From NCBI GenBank assembly GCA_016748015.1, contig JAAOMT010000368.1, forward strand, positions 1 through 22,746: 22,746 nt of DNA, written 5' to 3'. Positions 1 through 10,489 of the stretch are shown piece by piece. The notes beneath the pieces were generated by a model. The model worked only from the letters and a program-made list of their open reading frames with translations, did no database searches and was not told the DNA's origin. Positions within the stretch are counted from its first letter, which is position 1, and each line of letters starts with the position of its first letter. The DNA is from Geosiphon pyriformis uo1 (taxonomy: Eukaryota > Fungi > Glomeromycota). The translations under genes were made by a program, and so were the position numbers.

Positions 1-684
1 AACTTTCCCGCCTCCTCAGCCAATATTTTGAATTCTTCAGGCGTCCAATCCCCAATTTTTATCCCTGGTGCCAAATAGCAAATATAGTGGTTTCGTATGG
101 CCACAGGAGACCTTTGAAGAATATGACTTATTTTTTTCCATTTTTGACCATATGTCTGAACTAAATTTTGCAGTTGTTCATTTTCATTTTTAGTCCATGG
201 GCCACGTTTTGGTTCGCTTAAAACACTGTGATACCGACTCTTTAAACCCTCAACACTTCTTTTGGGGAAACAGCCAGTTAAAAATATAGATTTCCAATTA
301 ATTTTACCATAGATTAAATATTTCTTGGCAGCCAATTGTAGCTCCTCATCCTCTTTAAGTGTCCATTTCTGCGCCTTTCTGGTTAATCTAACATCAACAA
401 TACTTTCGCCAGTGCTTAAGCTATAAAATTTACTTTCCAGAGCTGGGATTGTTCTTTTTTGAAAATATTTCTGAGAAATCGGCTTCCAATTTGAACCGTT
501 CTTCTTTTGACACTCAATGAGCATTTTTTTTCTTCCAAAGTCCAGGATCTTAGCCCAGAAATTTTATGACCACATTGGCTGGTAACTATCGGCTAATTTA
601 TAAGTGAATAAGAGAATTTTTCCATTTATTGAATGCGGATTATTTGCAGTAGCTTACCTCCTCTTTACTTAAATTCAGTTTCAT
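1..684 (-). pseudogene. Multi-Myb-repeat gene copy A, 3'-truncated by the window edge and frameshifted (exon 1 684-658, intron 657-593, exon 2 592-<1)
   Basis: Same sequence as the open copy at 22062, but the A-run in GAA GAA AAA AAA ATG is one base short (524-531). This shifts the frame to a TAA at 418-416. There is also a TAC>AAC change at 500. The TATA-like element kept upstream of copies B and D is missing. A homopolymer sequencing error cannot be excluded. Confidence 0.7.
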
Positions 685-758
685 TAAATTTGATCAAATA
701 CAAATGGTAAAACCTGTGGTATAATTAGAACGTAATTTGATCGTGACTTGCATAGTTT
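1..758. repeat. Left arm of a ~760-bp inverted repeat bracketing the whole window (partner 21988-22746)
   Basis: Compared by eye, 1-693 is the reverse complement of 22053-22746 apart from one substitution (500 vs 22247) and a 1-nt homopolymer indel (T8 at 524-531 vs A9). There are five further mismatches in 694-758 (694, 697, 699, 706, 750), and similarity stops after 758. Confidence 0.97.
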
Positions 759-1289
759 TAAATATATTTTTTTTTCTACTGTGCTGCGACAAAATTAAAG
801 TATTTTTATCTACAAAAACATTTAATATTAAAGTCACAAATATGTATTATATTACAATTCTGTACAACTGTTTATTCAAGTATCTTACTACTAACTGAAA
901 GTAAATTATTATTTGAACTTTTGAAGAGACTTTATTTTGTTAGAAATATTAAATTAAATCAACCCAAGTTTTCAGCAAATATCAAAACCACTTAAAAGGA
1001 GCTTTGGATTTGTGCTTTTAATAAGCAAATTTTTTTGGTTTTTTATTAGACTTTACAAAAGTAATTACAAAGGGCACAACAAATTAACTAGCAAATGAGC
1101 AAATAGTTATAAGTTAAAGCACATTAATAAATAGCAAAAAGTGAAATAATAAAAAGAAATATATTAATATATTTAATGTATAAGTAATTTATTTATTATA
1201 ATTAATTTTAAAATTACATTACTAATCTTTTGAAAAAATTTAAATCAGAAAATAGCTTATATTTGTCAATAAACATATTTTTTACTAAT

Positions 1290-1412
1290 TTATTGATTTC
1301 TAAATTAATTATTAGCTTGATTATTAATCTAATTAATGACTTAATTGTTAACTTAATTATTAATTCAATTATTAATTCAATTATTAATTTAAAATTGATC
1401 AAATTGTTAACT
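1290..1412. repeat. Degenerate 12-bp-period AT-rich minisatellite (attattaattca-like)
   Basis: ttaattattaattcaattattaattcaattattaattt around 1352-1390, with decayed units on either side. It explains the LIIE/LIIK periodicity of the spurious ORFs 1214-1402 and 1230-1415. Confidence 0.6.
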
Positions 1413-2271
1413 TGATTATTTGTTTTTTTTAATAATTATGGAAATAAATTTGTTAAATTGTAAAAACACCAATAGTTTTGTTTTTCTCTTTTTTTTATGA
1501 CTTGTATTTGTTAAAATAATTGATATTTGTTATTAAATTTTAAAAAGCACTAACTTAGACATAAAATTATAGCAATTGTATTGGTTTTTAACCTTCTAAA
1601 AGGTTAAAAATTCTAATTTTAAGACTAATTATATCAAGTAAATAATTTACTTATTTAATTTTCTTTCTGTTAATTTTTCTATGTTAAGTTTTTATCACTA
1701 TAAAATAATTGTTTTTGATTATCTATTAGTTTTACTTTAATCTATAATAATATTGTTAACTTTGAAAATTTTACAACCAGAAAAAAGTTAATTTATTGAA
1801 TTTAAATGGCTTAAAATTTCTTTATTACTTAAAAAAATATTAGTAAATCAAGACTATATTAGCTAAAGCTGAATTTTCATATAAAAAATTACATATTATT
1901 ACAAATTAGTTAGTTTTAATTTAATATCAATAATTTTATTAAACATTTAAAAACATATTTGATGTTATCAAAAAATATGTCAAGAAATATTGTAAAATAC
2001 AACAACAGCAAAAAAAATTAATTTAAAAACTATAATAGACTTGATATTTTAAATTTAATAAAAAAATTAGATTAATAAGCTTAATAATAACATTTAAAAA
2101 ATTTGAAATGTAAACTTTGCACAAAACAGTTTAATATTGTTTTTAGAAATTAATTTAAAACTAATAAAACTTAAAAGCAATTGAATACAGTTTTAAAAAA
2201 CACTAAGCACTAAGACAAAAATTACCTATCCAAAAATTTGTTGATAGCTAATAACTTTTTAATTATTATTA

Positions 2272-2317
2272 AATAATATTAACAAACACAATAATATTAG
2301 CAAACACAATAATATTA
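2272..2317. repeat. 18-bp tandem repeat, about 2.5 copies (aataatattaRcaaacac)
   Basis: aataatatta acaaacac aataatatta gcaaacac aataatatta read directly. Confidence 0.8.
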
Positions 2318-3714
2318 AAAAAAGAAGTTATTATTTCAGTTTTATAATATTAACTTAACTTTTAGTAATTAATAATATTATATAATATTAAATAAAAGTA
2401 TATATTAAAACATAACTTATTAATAAAACAAAACTAGCAGAAAGATAAAAAAAAAGGTAAAACAACCAAGATTTAAAAACAGTAACAACAGTAACTAAGT
2501 TTTCAAAAAGCACAAAGTTGTTGGTTTTTGGCACAGCAAATGAAAATTGATTACTGCTATTGATAAAAGTAAAGCATTTTGGTTATTTTTTTCTTGTTAT
2601 TTAGAAAAAAAGTGTTACTATTGTAGTTTTTTTGGTAGAAAAAAGAGTTTGATACTGTTAGTCTTTTTGATAATAAAAACAATGCTAATCTATTTTAATG
2701 AGTTCTTTTAACAACACTTTTACAATAAAGCCAAAAAAGACAAAAAATGTTTCTTGTCTAGCTGCTTTTATTATTGAGAGACCTTTTTTTGGTAGTTGCT
2801 TTCTTATTTATAATAGTAGAAATAGATGTTGTTTTTTTGTCTTTTACTTTGATTGTGAACATGAGATTTACAAAACTAAAAAGAGTTCTTATCAGTTATA
2901 AAGACAAATAAAATAATCAGTGAATATAAATTTATTCAGCTAAAATATAGTTTTGGCTAAAGCTTTAAATTACATTCGACATGTTAATAAATACAAAATA
3001 TATAATCAATTTTATTGTATGAAAAAATTATTTACAAAATAAATTGCTAATTGTTAGTTCAAATTTCATTTAAGAAATATCAATAAATTCAAAAAATAAA
3101 GCTTTTTGTTGTAATTGAAAGTCACATGTTATATAGTTAATGTTAGACTTAATTTTTTTCTTAATGAATCAAAACTACCGGTTAGAATTGAAAATGCAAA
3201 TTTTTGAGTTTGGATAGGGTATGTCTCAAAGCTATAGAAAAATTATCTCGGTTTTAAATAATACTAGTATAAAATATTTTGGATTTTTAAAAATTCGAGT
3301 TATCTTATAGTCATATAAAAGATTTTGCTTTGGCAAATTTTATTATATATTTACGCGTGAGACGCTATCATTATTTCTAGCATAAAAAGTGGCAAATATT
3401 GCTAATTGTCGCTATTTAAATGTAAAATTGCCGTTTGCGAAAGCCAAATTAGCTGCAATAGTAGCCTTAAAAAAAATGCAAATATCGGTATATGAAAACA
3501 CTAAACGTATTTTTAAATTTCAAGATTATCGATACTTCAATATCCATTTTGTAGCATGCTGAATTGATTCTACTAGTGAATACTCCCAAATATATTTTAG
3601 GACTATTTTCATAGATAATTCTAATTTGATCACACTATGAAGAATCTTGAAACTCATCTAAAAACTCATAATCAAAAAAGGGTCGAAATAGCATTTAAAT
3701 AATTGGGGAGATTG

Positions 3715-3925
3715 GTGGGCGGTACGCCATTTCTTATATTTTGAGCAACTTTCCAGACTTTTCAAGCGGCAATAATGTAGTCGATAAAATAATTCACAAT
3801 CCAATTTATATTCCACCTGATAGAGACAATTAGAATGGCGGAGTCAATTATTATGAATAGATTTCATGGGAGTATTTAAAGAATATTAACAAAATTGCAA
3901 AAAGAACCTTTAGCCAATTGCTCGC
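3715..3925 (+). pseudogene. Probable relic of the N-terminal part of a Glomeromycotina-type tyrosine-kinase-like protein kinase
   Basis: The frame from 3741 reads LSNFPDFSSGNNVVDKIIHNP...N*NGGVNYYE*ISWEYLKNINKIAKRTFSQ. This resembles, from recall, the NFxxWTSGNxxIDxFI...EWIPyxxfxNIxxIakGGF segment leading into the glycine-rich loop of these kinases. In-frame TAG stops occur at 3831 and 3858. No HRD or DFG motif was found downstream. Confidence 0.45.
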
Positions 3926-5121
3926 CCTTAGCAATCAGATTTCGACGCAAACGATAATGCCAGTAAAACATTTTTTGAAATCTTTTAATCTTATGATTCT
4001 TCGTGTCTGACAGCTCATACGGTTGTATGATGATTAAATCAAACTCGCGAGTAAAAAATAGGATCGCTTTTCTGTGGATTTTATTCTGCAGACGCACAAT
4101 CTTTCGTTGTACGAGACTGCTTTACCGAGTCGCAGGTGTTACGGATGAAAAATTGTTATTTATAATTGAGAATTGCTCCACTAACTGCTAAACAATACCA
4201 AAGCTTCTGCTATTTTTGAAGAATTATTTTGAACTTTACTCATCATGGAGTTTAATTACTAAACTTCCTTTTGGGATAATTAGGCAAAAAGTTTTATTAT
4301 AGTTTAATAAGGGTTTTTTGATTGGCAAGTATTTTTATAGCGATATAAAGGTATAAAAAGAATTTAAAATTTATACTATCAAATCGATTATTTTAGAATT
4401 TCAAAGATAATAATAATATTTTTATAAAAATTTTGCATTCTCAGAAAAGCAAAATAGAACAATAGTAAATTGCATCAAATAATTAAAATTAGGCTGAAAT
4501 TTCAGAAATAAGTTAAGAATTATATTTTGAGATGAATTCATTATTAAATTTATGCATATTAAAATTCGAAACGAATTTTTTGAAAACATAATTTTATTTA
4601 ATCAAAATGCAGAGCTTGAGAATCTGTTCCAAATTTAATGTTTTGGGATTTTACAATTTAAGGTGTGATTTATTTGAATGGTTTTTTCAAAATTTAACTT
4701 TAAAAAATCTTTTAATTCAATTAGTCAAAAAAAAATTTTGGATATTCATTTTGAAAAGGGCTAAGAATAATAAACCACATGACACTTTTTAAAATATAAA
4801 ATTTGATGCTAATAAAAACTCTGTAACTTTTAGACATTGAGAATTTGTAGGCGAAGTAAGATTTAAAACTTAATATTCATTCGCTGGTAAAAATAAGTCA
4901 CTTATAACTGCTGTTCTATTTTTATTCTTGTTTCCAAAATAAGAGCCCAAATGCGACAAGTTTATATCTATCATTTAAGATTTATTTTGTTGCCCATTTT
5001 TTATTAAGAAAGAGATGCTTTATCTTTCATCTCGACTCTTCTATCCAAATTTAAATCTATCTGATCTCCATTATAAAAAATGTGAATCAAAGCCAAAAAA
5101 AGCTCATATTTTATAATAATT

Positions 5122-6062
5122 TCAACTTGTTTTCTTTAGCATCTTTTCATTACATTGTTTGGGACTTCTTGTACTTACAGCCTCCGAAACCTTTTGAAAA
5201 TTTTTACCAAATTTTTTGATTGCTTCATTTAAGGTATGTATTTCTATATCATTCCATTTTCCACTATTGAAATTCCTTTGAACTTTTGGGGAATTATAAT
5301 AATGGCTTTTAATATCCTTCAAAGGTCGCCCGGGTATTAATTGCTGGATTTCTTCCCAATTTTCGTTGAACTTTCCCGCCTCCTCAGCCAATATTTTGAA
5401 TTCTTCAGGCGTCCAATCCCCAATTTTACTTCCTGGTGCCAAATAGTGGATATAGTGGTCTCGTATGAACGTAGGAGGTCTTTGAAGAATATGACTTATT
5501 TTTGTCCATTTTTTGCCATGTGTCTGAACTAAATCGCGCAGTTGTTCATCTTCACTTTTAGTCCATGGGCCACGTTTTGGTTTCGCCAAAGATTCGTGAT
5601 ATCGACTCGCTAAACTTCTAGCACTTCTTTTGGGGAAAGAGCCAGCTAAAAATATAGATTTCCAATTGATTTTGCCATGGATTAAATATTTCTTGGCAGC
5701 CAATTGTAGCTCCTCATCCTCTTTAAGTGTCCATTTCTGCACCTTTCTGGTTAATCTATCATCAATAATACTTTCGCCAGTGCTTAAGCAATAAAATTTA
5801 ATTTGGATAGCTTTGATCGTTCTTGATTGAAAATATTTCTGAGAAATCAGCTTCCAATTTGAACCGTACTTCTTTTGTAGCTCAATAAGGGTTTGTTTTT
5901 CTTCCGAAGTCCAGTTCCGACGATATTTTAGACCAGGAATCTTATGATCCTTTTGGCTAGTAACCATAAGCTAATTCATAGGTGAATAAGAAAACTTTTC
6001 TATATATTGAATGCGGATTATTTGAAGTAGTTTACCTCCTTTTTTTTTAAATTCAGTTTCAT
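5122..6062 (-). CDS. Five-repeat Myb/SANT DNA-binding protein, copy B (about 291 aa; exon 1 6062-6036, intron 6035-5971, exon 2 5970-5122)
   Basis: Five Myb repeats starting WTSEEK, WTLKED, WTKSED, WTPEEF and WNDIEI, with spaced Trp/aromatic residues. An upstream mini-exon MKLNLKKKE is joined in phase 0 by a 65-nt GTAAAC...TAG intron conserved in the paralogs. Confidence 0.93.
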
Positions 6063-6187
6063 TAAATTTGACCATACACAAATTGTAAAACCTGTGGTAT
6101 AATTAGAACGCAATTTGATCGTAGCTTTCATAGTTTGTGATTGAAAAAAAATAAGTGATAAACAAATGTTTCAGTTGCAAAATTCTT

Positions 6188-6197
6188 TATTTATATA
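6188..6197 (-). promoter_or_regulatory. Putative TATA box (TATATAAATA) of Myb copy B
   Basis: About 130 nt upstream of the ATG and conserved at the equivalent position upstream of copy D (21927-21936), within otherwise diverged flank. Confidence 0.5.
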
Positions 6198-7024
6198 GAT
6201 GACCAAAGTGTCGATCAAGCTAGAAGGTTACGCAAGACAAACTAAAAAGTCTAAATCATTCAAGTTTATCCTATTGAATATGATTGTTGTAACTTATTTA
6301 TATTGGAAAATTAGTAAAAAGTTTTACAATTTAATTTTAGCACAATAAATAAAAATTCTAATAAAATACAATAGATAAACAGTTGAAATCAAAAATTTTT
6401 GGGAAAGAGCTAATATAATCATAAAAATTTCTTCAAGAACAAAGACCTGTAGTAATATTATTTTCTAATTTACAATATATTTCAAGAGGTAATATAAATT
6501 TTTCGTGAATTATCATACTTTGTAACAAGTAAGAAAATTTCAAACCATTGCTTACTATAGTTGAAATACTTCCACCCACCAAAAAGTTCGAGTCAAAGCC
6601 ATACTTATGTTTAAATTCTATTAATGTTCTAAAGCTATATTACATAGATTTATTTATGAAAATTTCATTGATTTATTGCAGAAGAAAATGATTTAAAAAT
6701 AAATGAATTGTATATCATTAATCAATAATGGATTAATAACTAAGTTGAGTCTTTGACACTTTTGCTGAGTATAAATATTTTAAACTATTCATTGGAATGC
6801 AATTTTAATAAGTAAGGTTTATATGAGCGGCTTTATTTTGAAATGAAAAGTTGTAAATTGATTTCTTAGTAGTAGGTAAAGCCTAATTAATTTTTTTGAT
6901 TTAGACTGGTTGGCATTAATATTTTTTATATTTATATTTTATGTATTGCAAAAGCCAGTGGCTTTTATAACTATAATTTTGTCTTTTGATATACGGATAC
7001 TTTTTAAAGTCTTGCAATGAATTT

Positions 7025-7660
7025 TAGCGAAACGGTGTCATATAACCTTGAATATTTTCATTGCATTAACAGAATTAATTGTTAATTTTTGGAAATTTAA
7101 AAAATAGGTCTTGTTCATTGTAAAGTTGATGATCAAAATTTCTCATTCGAGCCACGATTCTAAAGGTAATATGCAAGGATAATGGTGCATAAACCTGATA
7201 ATGCTGCTTTTCATAAGCAAATTTTTAATGTCAAGGAGTAAAATGCTTCAATGAATTAAATTAGTAGGCTGATAAATCCTTTTCGGTCATAATTGTAAAA
7301 TTTTAAAAGCTTTTCAAAATTCAAATCAAAGATGATTCATCTAACCATATAACTTTTTCCCGGTCATTTACAGTTCAATGTCTGTATTTATTAGCAAATT
7401 AAAGTTTTGTTGTGGGTATCGAAAGTTAATTTAGAGCACGTTGAATAGCCTGTTTTGAAATTTTGTTTTGAGATTTGCATTAAATTGATTCGTTGAGAAT
7501 TTATATTGTGAGTAAGAGTTATTGTTAACATCTTGCATTTTGAACTGTTCATAATTCAAGCCATTCAGATTCTTTTTTGATAAATTTTAATCCGAAAAGT
7601 TTGCGAAACAGTTGTTTAAAAACATCCAACAATTTGACCTTTTCTTTTGCTGGTTATTTA
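7025..7660 (-). mobile_element. Decayed Tc1/mariner-family transposase remnant
   Basis: Minus-strand fragments occur in the expected order: ITSKRKGQIVGCF (about 7657-7619, N-terminal HTH), KISKQAIQRALN (about 7466-7430, second HTH), L*FANKYRH*TVNDREKVIWLDESS (about 7404-7330, matching Tc1-like RLxFAxxHxxWTxxxWxxVIWSDES), and a weak VNAMK/NIQGYMTPF tail (about 7070-7030). There are many stops, frameshifts and internal deletions. TIRs were not identified. Confidence 0.7.
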
Positions 7661-9891
7661 ATGAAATATGTTTGTACAGAAATCTTAATGCGCTGCAATC
7701 AAAATATGCTTAATATTATTAATTTCAATTATATAAATTTAATTAGTTGCAATTACTATGATGCACAGGCCTATTCAGACATTTAAATACAAATTTATTC
7801 TTTCTTTTTCACCAAGAAGTTTTAAAAACATTATTTTCTATAAAATATTTTCATAAAAACTTTAAAATATCTATTTTTAATCACCTGAGAAGGTTTTCAA
7901 TTTAGTTGGCCACTTTTATTAAAAGTTAATTTTTCTTGGCTATTTATCATTTAAAGGAAGCAATAATCTCTTTTAATAAGAAAGTAGCCAAATATATCTT
8001 AGCTAGAGATGGACTTATAACATATTAAAATTAATATTTTTTTAATAAATAAATATATAACTTTTAGTTTAATAATTTTTTCATCTTTTTCTATTATTAC
8101 TATAATTTTTTTTTTAATTTTTATTTGCAAACAAAATCCGAAATCTAAAAAAACAATAAACAATATAATTAACTATAAAATATTTAAATTAAGAAATTAA
8201 TATATTGATTTCTTTTTTCAAAATTTTCTTATTGTTTACATCACAATTTTTTCATTCAATATATGCAAATAAAATATTTAAACTAATAATTTGCATATTT
8301 TTTTATTATTTGAAACTTGTTTAAATTTTCAAAATCTTGAATATTATCAAGAATTCAAAAAAAAAATTTACATTAAATTAATGCATTTATAATTGATAAA
8401 TTGAAATCAACTTCAAGTTATTTTTTAACAGATAAAAATTTATTAATTAAAAATTGATTTATGAAATGTTACATTATTTTATTAAAAAAGTGTTTCCCTA
8501 ATATAGAAACAAAATATATGTTTTTTTTCAAGTTGCAAAAATTAAATTAAATTTAAGATAATTTTAAATTTTTGCAATAAAAGTAATTGCATTCATAATG
8601 TTGAAACATTAATTAAATTTTTATCAAAAAATTCATTTTTAATGTTTTAAAACATCATGTATTATTTATTCTTCTTTTATTAAATTGATTTATTAATATA
8701 ATATTTAAAAGTGTTGACTTAAATTTTATTCGATAAAGTTTAATTTTTTGAGCAATAACAAGAGTATTTTACTTTCATTTCTGAACTTATAATGCATATA
8801 TAATATGTGCAATAGAGGATTTTTTTCGAATTTTGAAATTTTAAGTTGTTTTTGCATTGTAATACAATTGTCAAAGTAAATATTTTTGAAAATGCTGAAT
8901 TAAATATTTTTTACAGTTATTAAAAAATGGTTTGTTTAAGGTAATGAATATTTAACTAAGTGTTCAAAAATTTCAATAAAAAAATCAATTATTATTTATA
9001 TTAAAAAAATTTTTGTTTAGTCCAAATTTCTAATCATTTTCCGATTACCCATGTATAAATAAAAGAAAAAACATTAGACGCTCAAAATGACGAAAAATTT
9101 TCAAATTATTCGATGCATACAAAAAACTCTTGCTATTTCTTATTTATATTATTTTTAAATTGCAATTTGGAATTACACTTTGAGTTTTTCATTTTTACTC
9201 AATTCGGAGATTTTAGAAAATTCTATTTATGGAACTTGCTTGAAATTATTTTAAACAAATTAGATATAAAATTTGTTTAGTTGACCTTGAGGCATCCAAA
9301 TCTTTGGAAAATTATTATATTTATAGACTTTCGGTAATCTATTATAAATTTTAAAAAAATGAGATTAAGAAACATTGAGAAATTCCCAATGCCCAAATTT
9401 AACTTTGTGATGGCTTGTAAGGGTATTAGTCTCAATTATAAGAATAAAACAGGTATTTAAACTGCGGATCAAAAGAAGTTTTTACTTTCTTCATTCCAAA
9501 AATTGGTATCTGATGCGTAAAAATGGTTGTTTGACATTATTTAACTTGGGATTGCCGCAAAAAGACATAGTTTTTTTACACTTCTTTTTTGGATCGAATC
9601 GAATATAAAAAAGTTGCAATTCGATGATTCGAAAATCAAAATAAAATTTATAAAATTGATTTTTTTGCTATTCATAAAACCTTAGAATGTCACTAAGCTA
9701 TCATAATATGTACAAAGGGATATTTGGAGATTTGTAAATTAAAAGTCTTCATATGTATAAGTATCTATATACAGGATAAAAATTTCAAAATAAATGGTGT
9801 AATAATGAATTTGTGTATAAGACCTATTAGGTTCCTTTTGTGTTTGTTTGTTTGTTATTGTCTATTTTTGAGTTATTAAGTTTAACATGTT

Positions 9892-10431
9892 TTACCAATC
9901 CATCAATCCAACATATCCAGCTTTCAGTTTCTCATCAATCAACCTTTGTACAAATTCTTGTGCCCTTAAAGGCGAAGAATGTCTTTGGGTTTGGATAGCT
10001 CGTTCTTTTTGCGTGCCATCCTGCAAAATATTTCCATATCTTATCTGTGTTGTCGTCTCATCTTCAATACAAAATTCCCAAAAGCGTGTGTCTGTTCGAA
10101 GATACCCTGACAACGATGGATGTGATGACGCAATTGTTGTTGCTGATATTATCGAGGATGTGGAAGATACTGATGTCGATAGTGGTGAGTGAGATTGTAT
10201 TTTTTGTTGACTCTGTAGAATTTCTTGTCGTTCTTTTACAAGAATGGCTTCATATTGCGCAAGAAGACCGTCCATTTCGGCGAAATTCTCCGCGGTGAGG
10301 GTATGAGGAGGTAAATTCTTCTCCATTATGAAGGTAGTTTGCCGCGAGAGGGTTTTATTTATTTGACCTGTACCATGCTCTTCAACAATAGTTTCTTTTG
10401 GCTGATAGTTTTGAACAGATGGCATTTTCAT
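9892..10431 (-). CDS. Small protein (179 aa from the first ATG) with a C-terminal WGR-like domain, a helical/coiled segment and a Ser/Thr-rich linker
   Basis: The C-terminus RFWEFCIEDETTTQIRYGNI...QRHSSPLRAQEFVQRLIDEKLKAGY fits the WGR pattern (FW...WG(R)...A...li.eKl.kGY). The ORF is GC-richer than its flanks. The ORF track starts at a non-ATG codon; the first ATG is at 10431. TATAAATA lies on the minus strand at 10545-10538. Confidence 0.85.
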   Translation of the reverse strand: MKMPSVQNYQPKETIVEEHGTGQINKTLSRQTTFIMEKNLPPHTLTAENFAEMDGLLAQYEAILVKERQEILQSQQKIQSHSPLSTSVSSTSSIISATTIASSHPSLSGYLRTDTRFWEFCIEDETTTQIRYGNILQDGTQKERAIQTQRHSSPLRAQEFVQRLIDEKLKAGYVGLMDW

Positions 10432-10489
10432 TTGTGATTTTTCAAGGTGACGGCAAATATAAGTTGAGAAGTAAGCAAGCAAAGCGATT

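Noticed and set aside
1214-1415. ORFs 1214-1402 (-) and 1230-1415 (+)
   Set aside because: They are translations of an AT-rich 12-bp-period minisatellite.
5122-6062. PIF/Harbinger transposon Myb/SANT accessory gene
   Set aside because: Harbinger proteins have a single Myb/SANT-like (MADF/trihelix) domain and an adjacent DDE nuclease. These proteins have five classical repeats and no such nuclease nearby.
7762-7785. Possible Tc1 terminal repeat (cacaggcctattcagacat)
   Set aside because: No matching inverted partner was found by eye, and the orientation does not fit the minus-strand transposase remnant.
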